A stretch of DNA of 63,816 nucleotides, filler included, from Octopus bimaculoides (taxonomy: Eukaryota), in NCBI RefSeq assembly GCF_001194135.2. It is 6 parts of 5 records of this genome, joined end to end, with 100 filler letters (N's around TTAATTAATTAA, not from the genome) between each part and the next. Parts side by side here need not be neighbours in the genome. Positions count along the whole stretch, not along the records: positions 1 to 22,469 come from NC_068984.1; 5 more parts are not named here. One strand, 5' to 3'. A program made the position numbers and the translations under genes. Under the pieces are notes generated by a model, which did no database searches, was not told where the DNA came from, and saw only the letters and a program-made list of their open reading frames with translations. The first letter of the stretch is position 1. Each line of letters opens with the position of its first letter. Below are positions 1-11,507 of this stretch, piece by piece.

Positions 1-490
1 AACGACCTGTCACACGCCAACGTAATAATCATGTAAAGGATACAAGCACCTGTAGAATACGTAGTCAATAAGTCTTATAATTTAATGGGATGGAATTGTT
101 CCTCCTAAATAAAATTGAATGTGAAACGACAGAATCAGTGACCCTCCTACAAAACATTGCCATCAGTTCAAGTTTATTTATTTACGTATTTGCCTATTTT
201 CTTTTATTTATTTCTACTGAAATCTTTTATGAATGGACACCTTTCCAACCTACTTTATCTCCCCTCAACTACTACCACACTCTTCCTTCCTCCTTCCCCT
301 TTTTTTCCCTATTTTCCTCCTATTTTTCCATTTTATTTTTATTTCTTCCACCCTAAGACAAATATCATGTATGTATCCAGCAAAAATCTCCAGTCAACTT
401 TGCCCCGATGACCCTTTGAACATGCAGGTGAAAGACGAAAATAAAAATGTGCATCTATGTATATATGTAGATAATTATATAGATATACAT

Positions 491-537
<47 letters not shown>

Positions 538-842
538 NNNNNNNNNNNNNNNNNNNNNNNNNNNNNNNNNNNNNNNNNNNNNNNNNNNNNNNNNNNNNNN
601 NNNNNNNNNNNNNNNNNNNNNNNNNNNNNNNNNNNNNNNNNNNNNNNNNNNNNNNNNNNNNNNNNNNNNNNNNNNNNNNNNNNNNNNNNNNNNNNNNNNN
701 NNNNNNNNNNNNNNNNNNNNNNNNNNNNNNNNNNNNNNNNNNNNNNNNNNNNNNNNNNNNNNNNNNNNNNNNNNNNNNNNNNNNNNNNNNNNNNNNNNNN
801 NNNNNNNNNNNNNNNNNNNNNNNNNNNNNNNNNNNNNNNNNN

Positions 843-877
<35 letters not shown>

Positions 878-880
<3 letters not shown>

Positions 881-1200
881 GGCGCAAGAGTAGCTGTGTG
901 TTAAGAAGTTTGCTTCCCAACCACGTGGTTCTGGGTTCAGTCCCACTGCGTCATCTGGGCAAGTGTCTTCTACTATAGCCTCGGGCCGACCATAGCCTTG
1001 TGAGTGGATTTGATAGATGGAAACTAAAAGAAACCCGTCGTGATGTGTGTTTGTGTGTGTCTCCTTCGTCCCTCACTACCGCTTGTCAACCAGTGTTGGT
1101 GTGTTTACTTCCCCATAATAGTTGTTCGTCAAAAAGAGATCAATAAGATAAACACCAGCTTTAAAATCCAAATAAAGACTGGGGCTGATTCTTTCGGTTA
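878..1200 (+). mobile_element. tRNA-derived SINE, family A
   Basis: Head ggaggcgcaagagtagctgtgtgttaag...ggttcagtccc (A/B-box-like), core gcctcgggccgacc...gtgagtggatttg...gaaactaaaagaaacccgtcg, internal GT microsatellite; the same layout recurs at least 6 more times in the window. Confidence 0.8.
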
Positions 1201-1500
1201 AATATATATACATACATATATATATATACATATATATATATGGGAGAGAGTGTTGGAGAGAAATTCTATTGTATGTGTCCGTGTAAACGTAGGTGTCCGT
1301 ATGCATGTCACTTTTTCTATTGACATAAGGAACGTGACAATGTTGTAATCACTAGAAAATCGTAAACTGCGAAAGAGAGAAACATTAACTCGAAATGAAT
1401 GAATATATTTGTTATCATATATATTTAAAACTATAGTTCGATAGACCAGCAGGTAGGTATAGCACTACAATCCTCCGCCGCGGATGATTGTAGTGCAAAA

Positions 1501-1905
1501 TAGGCGCAAACGAGGCAGCATGGGTAAGATGCTTGCTTTCCAAACATGTGGTCTTGAGTTCAGTCACACTGTGCGGCACATTGGGAAAGTGTCTCTTACT
1601 ATAACCCAGTGCAGACCGAAACCTTTTGAATGGATTTGGTAGGTGGAAACTAAAAGAAGCCCCTCGTGTGTGTACCTATGTGCGCGTGTGTGTATGTATG
1701 TATGTGTTGTTTGTCCACCACTACCATACCACAACCGGTGCTGGCTTGTTTACGTAGCTTAACGGTTGGGCAATAGCGACCTGTAGAATATATACCCGAC
1801 TTTAAAAACAAGTATTGGGGGTCGATCTGTTCGGGTAAACCTTACAAGGCTGTGCTCCAGCATGCCCGCAGTTCAATTATTGAAGCAAGTAAAAGATAAA
1901 AGATA
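1501..1905 (+). mobile_element. SINE family A copy
   Basis: Collinear with 878-1200 and 14845-15255, including the 3' ggggtcgat...gctccagcatg...aagtaaaaga tail. Confidence 0.75.
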
Positions 1906-2573
1906 TAGAAGATTAAAAAACCTGCACACAGAAGACATGGAAGTAAGATGAAAAAGATCACTTCGCATACACTTGGTGCCGGGTTTGATCCCATTATTTG
2001 GCACTTCGGTAAGGTAAATTCTTCAACTGTCGCCAGAAAATTTAACATGATATAGTATAGCATGGCAGTTCGAACGACCCAACATTCTCCGAGATAAGTA
2101 GGCGAGGAAAAAGTTGTCCATGAACAGGAGACCTGCCCCGAAATGTTTGCAAAAAGGGAGCTTTTCCACACCCTAGAGTTTAGCTAGAGTTTAGCATGGG
2201 GTTAAACTGGACGATAGGAGTGAATTTGGTAGGCGAAATATTTGCGTACGGGGAGACAAAAAAGCAAAATTAAACTGGTGTTTTGCATGGTTTATGAAGG
2301 TATTTGTTCTACACTGAGTAGCAAACACTCCCTTGTTACTGTCGCTATTAGAAATATGGTCAATCAGTTAGTGACTAGACCGGTGAAAACCTATAATCAA
2401 CGACGCAATTCCTTACTAAATGCGGTATTAATGTCTAAATGAATGAATAAATAAACCTTACAATATATACATGTATTTCTCCTATTCGTTTTCTCAGATA
2501 TGTATGAATGTGTATGCACATAATAGTTTTGGCAAGCCAGGCTCTAGACACAGAGAAGGCACCTCACTTGGCT

Positions 2574-2624
<51 letters not shown>

Positions 2625-3303
2625 GAGATGAATGTCAGAAAAAAGGTACACAATACCACAGAGATCAATAGTATATTTTATATTGATCGAGTCAGTCAGA
2701 CTCTTGCTACTCTAAATTTCACCTGTGAACATACATGATCTTCAGGTAAGCTATAACTTTTCAGAGACCCTATGTATCTGCAGGTGAAAACTCAGAATAC
2801 CAAGAGACCGACGACAATGGTTCAACTGGCCAAAACTTCGGAGTCATTATCAACAACATTCTTGTTTAAGAATAATACATTTGTACTGTATAAAAATATA
2901 GAGTAACCCGTCAGATTAATGTAAAATTGTTTTTATTATAGCTGACATAAAAACAAACAATACACACACACACACACACTGATTGACGGCTGTCTGTAGC
3001 TACAATTAACCATACATATACACGCGCGGACGTGCATAGCCGCTGTGTTGAAATGCTACAATAACTACATCACATGCAACATTCATTACTTATTATTCTT
3101 TCATCATTCACAGAACATCTCTACATTATGCACTGGTATTGTACACATGATTTGGTGAAACACATCTTACTCATCATTCTTGGACAAATTTAAAATGATG
3201 GACATTGAATATATTTCATAGTAATACCGCATCGAATTTGCGCACACATCCACACACATACCCACATGTATGTGCATTCGTTTAGGCATAAGTGTCTAAA
3301 ATG

Positions 3304-3366
<63 letters not shown>

Positions 3367-3414
3367 CACACACAGAGACACACACACACATATAGTGAGC
3401 GCGCGTATGAGAAA

Positions 3415-3545
3415 GAAAGCGTAGCTAAGAAGTACACAACCACGTGGCTCTGTGTTCGATCCTAGTGGGTGCGGTACCATGAACAACATCTACTCGTGAT
3501 GGCCAATAGTGAGTATTTGGTAGATAGGAACTGAAGGAGCTCAGT
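3415..3545 (+). mobile_element. Degenerate SINE family A 5' fragment
   Basis: aaccacgtggctctgtgttcgatcc...gtgagtatttggtagataggaactgaag resembles the family A head and core. Confidence 0.5.
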
Positions 3546-3610
3546 GTGTAGGTACACACACACACATACACAAACATAATTTATATGAATTTGTATATGT
3601 GTATTTGTAT

Positions 3611-3652
<42 letters not shown>

Positions 3653-4184
3653 GTATATATATACAAATACACATATACAAATACATATAAATTATGTTTG
3701 CGTTGTTCCTCTATGTCCCGTACTCAAGCTGTTCGATGAATAGATATCGATAAAACAAACTGAAATTGATGGAGGGATATTAGGTGTGAGTGTGTGTGTG
3801 TACTTAGAAGTGAATAATAAAACTATTGGAGAGCACAGATTACAAATGTAATTTGACTATACTCAGTAAAAATGGTTTTTAAAAAAATGAAAAAGTAGAA
3901 AAAATTGATTTGTTGATATACATAAGGGACGGCAATAGTGGAAATTAGAAACGGTGTCACAAAAATCTATAAATAAAAAAAAAAAAAAATGCAGTATATT
4001 ATTTGTTATACTTGAAGTATATTTTATTGCCCAACTTCACCTTAAAGAATTAAATAGGATTAATTTATAAAATAAGTATCAGATACCGGTATACCGGTAT
4101 GTGAATCACCAACATGATTATAGTATATAGTTCGCTGATAAAGATACCGTATAGAGCAACTAGTCCGGTGTCAAGCGAAAGAGG

Positions 4185-4626
4185 GACCCACTATGCTGTC
4201 ATTCTACACGCTAGAAGTAGCAGTCGAATTTTACTCCAGTAGTGAACTAAAAGACTTACTAAAAAGAGGGTTGCATTGGATTATATAGTCCTTGTTATCT
4301 CCACCAAAAAACGATGCGATAGTTACGGATGGAATGCCTTTGATTGTAGGTCTAAGTGGGATTGATTGACCGACAAGTGGAGGCTTCAAGAACAACAACC
4401 AGTCCGATGTCTAGCCAACGAAGGAACTTCTACGTAGTTGCACTAAATAGCAACCAAACCTTCCTCACTGCACATCCTACCGTAGGAAACAAAAAAGGAA
4501 TAAGGAAGGGCACACCGAAAAATATAGTCGGATATATTCGAAAGAATAGTATGGACACGTCTGCAACAGCTTTGAGCGTAAATACTAATCGATCAAGGTT
4601 GTCCTGGGGCTAAACGGCAGCAACAA
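4185..4626 (+). mobile_element. Two degenerate copies of another short interspersed repeat
   Basis: gctagaagtagcag...ggaatgcctttgattgtaggtct and ...aatagcaaccaaa...tcgatcaaggttgtcctggggctaaac...caacaac; similar to 8875-9050. Confidence 0.4.
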
Positions 4627-5028
4627 CTATTCCGGTGTTTTGATTAAAATATTTCTCAGAGCGAAACAAAACTGGAAACAAGCATGTTTTGTGCGTATAT
4701 ATATATAATATATAAGCATGTTTTGTGCGTGTATATATATATATATTATATATATACATATATACACACACACAAACACATGAGTTTGCGTGAATGTATG
4801 TTATAGTGTTCGTATGTAAATATATATATGTGTATGTGTGCAATAGTGTATTGTGAAGATAAGTGTATGTGTGTGTGTGTAAAAGTATGGGAATGTTGTT
4901 CAGCGTGTGAGTGCGTGTTCAAATATATGCATTATACAAATGCGAAGACATATACATGTGCTTGCTTACATGTGTATCTAGATGTGTGTATATGAAACAA
5001 CAGATATAGATAAGCTTGTCTATAAATC

Positions 5029-5071
<43 letters not shown>

Positions 5072-5350
5072 TAGATAGATAGATAGATAGATATAGATAT
5101 AACATGCGTGTGTAAGAAACATGTATGTATGCAAGTAAATCAAGTATTTTCAAGTAGTAGTCAGTAATTAATTAATGAATGAAATAATTAATCAGTATAT
5201 TCAAGATAAAGAAAATAAAGCAAGGTCAGCTGGAGGGAAAAAAGAGCATAAAATGAAAATAAACATAAACAAGGGAGAAAAATAACCCAAAGAAAAACAA
5301 AAATACACTAATAATAATATTAAAAATATAATCTTTCTCTGAGAACTCAC

Positions 5351-5445
5351 CTGTCGTCGTAGGCAAAATCTGCATCGAAGGTGTTGATGTATAAAAGAAA
5401 CGCGGCTGCACCTGTAATCACCAATGTGGGATAATAGTGCTCCAT
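5351..5445 (-). CDS. TMTC2: First coding exon of a TMTC-family protein O-mannosyltransferase (TMTC2-like); remaining exons lie to the left, probably outside the window
   Basis: Minus strand reads ATG...MEHYYPTLVITGAAAFLLYINTFDADFAYDD + AG|GTGAGT (95 nt, phase-2 donor at 5351/5350). An in-frame TGA ends 9 nt upstream of the ATG, so this is the first in-frame Met. The hydrophobic stretch plus LYxNTxxADFxYDD(S) matches the TMTC2 N-terminus as I recall it (human ...LYLNTLSADFCYDDSRAI). It is absent from the ORF track because the exon is short. Confidence 0.82.
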
Positions 5446-6943
5446 CCTCCATGCTCACCAAAAATAAAATAAAAAGTGTAAAAAAACACCAAAAGCCGGG
5501 ATCATATACTCGGAGCTTAAACTGTTTGTGTATTTCGATTAATATTATAACAACTGTTACTAATGCAAAACCAACATAGCGAAGAAAGCGCCTCTGACAT
5601 TCCTCCTACATTTACTTCCAGTTTGTCTTTCACTCACTCTGATCCTCTTTCGCTTGGCGCGCTCTCTCTCACTCACTGTTTCTCCACTCTCTCTTTCTGT
5701 CTCTCACACACACATACACACTTTTACTTTTCCCTCCTCCTCCCAGTTACTCATTCCCATAGCCTCTGTTTTCCCTCCTCACTCATTCATTTATTTACAT
5801 AGCCTCTGTGTTTCTCTTTCTACTTTTGTCTATGTATCTATCTAACAGTTTATTTTTCTATACTGACTGTCTGTTGCATTAGTCTATGTGTTCATCTGTC
5901 TTTTGTTTTATATTAATTTCTTACCCTCTCATTTTTTTCTCTCTATTCATGCATCCGTCTATTTCGAGTCTTTATCGTTTGTGTGAGTGAGTTACATATT
6001 TTATTTTGTATACATAAATGTATTTATGTCTTTATGTATATTAATGCCTACACACACGATATATTTTATGTGTATAATGTGTTAGATATATGAACGTATA
6101 GTGTGTGTGTGTGTAATATATACATGTAGATATAAAATATATGTGTGGATAGATAGATAGATAGATAGATAGATTTAAGTATGTATAATATACGTGAGTG
6201 CGTGTTCGAGTGAATATGAGCAGTTGGTTCTAACGACAATTCTTCCTGGTACCAGACAATAATATATAAATACTACACTTATATTTTATATTTACAAAGG
6301 TGAAAAAAGAGAAAGGCACGACAGGAAAAGAGAGAAAGAGAGAAATTAAAAATATTTATGAAAAAACAAGAAAAACAGAGGATGGACAGTTGGGGGGAAG
6401 GGAGACAGAAAAAAAGAAAGGAATAAAGAGTTTGTATATAAAAACCAGTTATATTGTTAGTTCTATCTAGCAGTTAGCTACTGACTTGTCTTGTTAGACA
6501 TAGCATTTAGAAGACACTTATTCTTTAACACTGACACACACACAAACATATACCGAGTGACTGACTGGATGATTGGCTGGCTGGCTGGTTGGCTGGTTGA
6601 GAGTCCGTGACTTGTTCGTCATAGACTTCGGCACTTTCCGTGGAGTCACTTGCCATCTTTACGGAACTTGTCGGCTTCGGTAAAGAAAATACTATATACT
6701 TGTGTAGTGTATATACATACGTACGTCGGTGTGTGTGTGTGTGTGTGAGTACGTGCGCGCGCGTGTGTTTGTGTTTGTGTCTGTGTGTGCGCGCGTATGC
6801 ATGTGTACTTGTGTGCGTGCGCATGTACATACAACCATGCATACAAACATGTAAACACACATACATTCATGCATACATATATACATATATATATATATAT
6901 ACACACATCTCTCTATTTCTCTCTCTCGCTCTCGCTTACTCTC

Positions 6944-6980
<37 letters not shown>

Positions 6981-8681
6981 CTATTTCATTCTTTCTCACA
7001 CCACCAATTTTACATTTTGAGATATAACTGATGACTTTACCCGCTTCATAGATTGTTCCTATATACATCCCACCCTGAATCGAAATGCATGAACTGACAG
7101 AGAAATATGCGGTGAATCTTAGTTTGTAGGGATATCTGGACACGCTGGACATTTAGGAGTTTTATTGTATCTTCATTATACAGGTTAACTGCGGTCTGAT
7201 CACAGTCTGGCCGCATATATCCTCTTCTTTCTCCTAATTCGATTAGGGATTCTCAACCACTTTTTTCATCTACAGACCCCTTTGATAACTATTTTATTCT
7301 GGTGGACTCCCAGAGTAATTCGATGTTTAAAAACTAGTTTTATAGAAACTTCTTTCAAATTTCCTATTTTATTTTTCAGACATTATCTTGAATTATATAA
7401 AATATTAGTGAACGAAACCTAGCTATTTCTTGCAATACATACCAATACATACACCTATAACAAAATCTTTTCCAGGGGTCCTTAAAATACCATTGTGGAT
7501 CCCTAGTTTACTATTTTGTTGCTTGGANNNNNNNNNNNNNNNNNNNNNNNNNNNNNNNNNNNNNNNNNNNNNNNNNNNNNNNNNNNNNNNNNNNNNNNNN
7601 NNNNNNNNNNNNNNNNNNNNNNNNNNNNNNNNNNNNNNNNNNNNNNNNNNNNNNNNNNNNNNNNNNNNNNNNNNNNNNNNNNNNNNNNNNNNNNNNNNNN
7701 NNNNNNNNNNNNNNNNNNNNNNNNNNNNNNNNNNNNNNNNNNNNNNNNNNNNNNNNNNNNNNNNNNNNNNNNNNNNNNNNNNNNNNNNNNNNNNNNNNNN
7801 NNNNNNNNNNNNNNNNNNNNNNNNNNNNNNNNNNNNNNNNNNNNNNNNNNNNNNNNNNNNNNNNNNNNNNNNNNNNNNNNNNNNNNNNNNNNNNNNNNNN
7901 NNNNNNNNNNNNNNNNNNNNNNNNNNNNNNNNNNNNNNNNNNNNNNNNNNNNNNNNNNNNNNNNNNNNNNNNNNNNNNNNNNNNNNNNNNNNNNNNNNNN
8001 NNNNNNNNNNNNNNNNNNNNNNNNNNNNNNNNNNNNNNNNNNNNNNNNNNNNNNNNNNNNNNNNNNNNNNNNNNNNNNNNNNNNNNNNNNNNNNNNNNNN
8101 NNNNNNNNNNNNNNNNNNNNNNNNNNNNNNNNNNNNNNNNNNNNNNNNNNNNNNNNNNNNNNNNNNNNNNNNNNNNNNNNNNNNNNNNNNNNNNNNNNNN
8201 NNNNNNNNNNNNNNNNNNNNNNNNNNNNNNNNNNNNNNNNNNNNNNNNNNNNNNNNNNNNNNNNNNNNNNNNNNNNNNNNNNNNNNNNNNNNNNNNNNNN
8301 NNNNNNNNNNNNNNNNNNNNNNNNNNNNNNNNNNNNNNNNNNNNNNNNNNNNNNNNNNNNNNNNNNNNNNNNNNNNNNNNNNNNNNNNNNNNNNNNNNNN
8401 NNNNNNNNNNNNNNNNNNNNNNNNNNNNNNNNNNTCTACACCTTTTGAAAAGTATTAGTAGAAGATTTCATTAAAAAATACTTATTTTCCTGAAAGTTAT
8501 GAGGAAACAAAATCGGGGAAGGAGAACACTTGTGTGGGCATAAAGATTGTTAAAGTTTGGTAGAGTGAAGATTTTTCCGGTGAGATAGCCTGTAGTAATG
8601 AATCTTCAGATGGTAATAACGACACCTGGGATGATAAAATTTTTCCAGTTGGGTCAGGTTGAGGTCAAATCACTGACACAT

Positions 8682-8758
8682 CACAACGACCACGACTATC
8701 ACCACACCCTCACAACGACCACGACTATCACCACACCCTCACAACGACCACGACTATC
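8682..8758. repeat. 29-bp tandem repeat, about 2.7 copies
   Basis: Unit cacaacgaccacgactatcaccacaccct at 8682, 8711 and 8740 (partial). Confidence 0.9.
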
Positions 8759-8874
8759 TCCACCATCATCACCACCGCCATCACCACCACCACCACCAAC
8801 AATATTATCCAGCATTATCACTGACAAATGAACCACGACCACCTCCGATCAAATGAACCTAGATGCGGTAGCTT

Positions 8875-9050
8875 GTCCTGCTAGAAATAGTTGCCAAAGT
8901 TTTCTCATGTGAGAGGGATATAGGAATATATCTTAATGTGGGCTCTGATTTAGAGAAAGGCGAGTAGTCATGATAGGATCGCTTTTTGATCATAGGTCTG
9001 CTCGATCAGAACTCACCTGGGATTGTTTAACAATAACAACAATGCTATGA
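8875..9050 (+). mobile_element. Degenerate interspersed repeat related to 4185-4626
   Basis: gctagaaatagttgccaaa...tttgatcataggtctgctcgatcag...cacctggg...aacaataacaac tail. Confidence 0.4.
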
Positions 9051-9079
9051 CAACTATAACTCCTAGATAATATTTTGCA

Positions 9080-10050
9080 TTAGTTCAAATTCCGCCGAAT
9101 TCGAATATGCTTTTCATCCTTTCGAGGTCGATAAAATAAGTACCAGTTGAACACTGGTGTCGATGCAATTGGCTTACTCCCTCCCTCGAAATTGCTTGCC
9201 TTGTGCAAAAATTTAAAATCGTTTTTGTCTACTTGAGGCGACAACCTGGAAGAACATTTAGCATGCCGAGCGAAATGTTTAGCGGCATTTCATACGTCTT
9301 TCTGCTCTGAATTCAAACTTCGCCGAGGTTGACTATGCCTTTCATCCTTCGGGGTCGATAACATAAGTACCAGTTGAACACTAGGTTCGACATTATCAGC
9401 TCATTTCACCCTCGAAATTGCTGGCCTTGTGCCAAAATTGAAATCTGACTTTGCCTTTCATCCTTTCGGAGTCGATAAATTGAGTACCAGTGAAACACTG
9501 GGGTCGATGAAATCGACTAACTCCTTACCCAAATTTCAGGCCTTATGCCTATGATAGAAAGGATTATTGTCTATATATACGGCTGCGAACTGGCAGAACT
9601 TTTAGCACGCCGGACGAAATGCTTAGCGGCACAGGAAACAGGAGGATCCTAGCCGTTGAAAGGAGACGAAATTAGGAATTATGACATCTAACGCTCGGGA
9701 CCGGAAAGATCCTAGGATCCAGGAGTTCATCTTGCTTACTATATTAACTGAAATGAACGCTTCAGCTGAAATTGTGGTAAACAATTATTCATAAGTCTCT
9801 GATATTATTTGATGATATTATTTGATATGTAAGGCAGCGTGCTGGCAAAATCGTTAGCACGCCGGGCAAAATGCTTCGCGGTATTTCATCCGTCTTTACA
9901 TTCTGAGTTCAAATTCCGTCGAGGTCGTTTTTGCCTTTCATCTTTTTGGTGTCGATAAAATAAGTACCAATTGATCACTGGGGATGATATAATTGACTAC
10001 CCTCCTCTCCTGAAATTACTAGCCCTCATGACAAAATTTGAAACCGATAT
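9080..10050 (+). mobile_element. Tandem cluster of SINE family B fragments (about 5 pieces, same strand)
   Basis: The module gttcaaattccgccgaggtcgactttgcctttcatcctttcggggtcgataa...aagtaccagttgaacactggggtcgat recurs at about 9085, 9310, 9447 and 9905; heads ggc(t/a)gcga(a/g)ctggca..a..cgttagcacgccgg at about 9580 and 9832. Confidence 0.75.
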
Positions 10051-10627
10051 TATATGATGCCGTGAGTGGTTCTCCTGAAGGAAAAGAGTATTCATATGTG
10101 TGTGTTTGTGAGTGAATGTGCATGTGTTTTCATCTGTTATGCACTTTCAGCCTGAAATCGATTCTTTGCACCTACACACTTACGGGTTCACAACCACACA
10201 CACACACACACACTCTTATACTTGTTACCGGGCTTCATTTTCAAATTGTCTATTGTATTTTGTATGCATTTCGATGTTAAGCATATGCTATAGCATCGTT
10301 GCTTTAAGTGTTGTGCATTTTGCTCCTTGCATATATTAGTAGTTACTTTCAGATCACTTCAGCTAGAGCTTGATATGTACCCCAATCACCAGTATATGTG
10401 TATGCATGTATGTATGTGTAAGCAGATAGGTTTGTTTACGTATATATATGCCTTCCAGACAATTCATGAGGCTGCAAAACATCTCATAGCGTGAGCATAA
10501 AACCAAAGAGGTGATTTAAGAAGACATTGCAGTCATCTCTACAATTGTTGCTCAATGAAATGGAGGTTTTACTGGTCACATCAGGTTTTTACTGTTGAAC
10601 ATCAATGCAAATAACCCTCTCTGATTC

Positions 10628-10775
10628 TGGCACAAAGCTGGAAGTTTTGAGGGGAGGAGCACAGACGGATACATCGACCCTAGTGCTCAACTGGTACTTA
10701 TTTCATCGATCCCTAAAGGATGAAAAGTAAAATCGGTCTCGGAGAAATTAGAACCCACAACACAAAGAGTCGAAA
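10628..10775 (-). mobile_element. SINE family B 3' fragment
   Basis: Reverse complement of the family B core (atcgaccctagtgctcaactggtacttatttcatcgatccctaaaggatgaaaag). Confidence 0.65.
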
Positions 10776-11084
10776 GACGGGCGATATATATATATATGTA
10801 TGTATGTATGTCTCTTCTATTTTTTAATTATTATAAATTTTCCACTGAGGAGGGAGCTGGTTTCCAACAAAGATACAAGGCTCCATCTTTGGGATGTAGT
10901 TAACACAGGCAAATTCACATTTGGAACTTAAGAAAAATCTTGCATATTTTTACTGTTCCACTCACAGATTACACTTGTAATGTACAAATTAGCCGGTCGA
11001 GTTCTCTTTCTGAAAATCCCAGTTTATCCAGATTCTCCTGCAAGCATTTACTAGTGCTCCAATTATTATTGGTTATGTATGTAT

Positions 11085-11305
11085 GTATTTTGACTGCAGT
11101 CATGCTGGAGTACCGCCTTTAGTCGAACAAATCGACCCCAGAACTTATTCTTTATAAGCCTAGTACTTATTCTATCAATCTCTTTTGCCGAACCACTAAT
11201 TTACGGGAACATAAACACGCCAACATCGGTATCAAGTGATGGTAGGGCGATAAACACAGACACGCAAACACATACATACATGCATACATACATACATGCA
11301 TACAT

Positions 11306-11366
<61 letters not shown>

Positions 11367-11507
11367 CGGCGGGCTTCTTTCAGTTTCCATCTACCAAATC
11401 CACTCACAAGACTTTGGTCGGCCCAAGGCTATAGAAGAAGACACTTGCCCGAGTTGTCACGCAGTGGGACCGAACCCGGAACCATGTGGTTGGGAAGCAA
11501 ACTTCTT
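11085..11507 (-). mobile_element. SINE family A copy, head cut at the junction with an L1/Tx1 derivative
   Basis: Reverse complement of family A (gggcttctttcagtttccatctaccaaatccactcacaag...gaaccatgtggttgggaagcaaacttctt); the first ~20 nt of the head are missing. Confidence 0.8.

Noticed and set aside
1462-1496. 11-bp perfect hairpin gcactacaatc/gattgtagtgc
   Set aside because: Short and isolated; it could be a rolling-circle element end, but no other support is visible.
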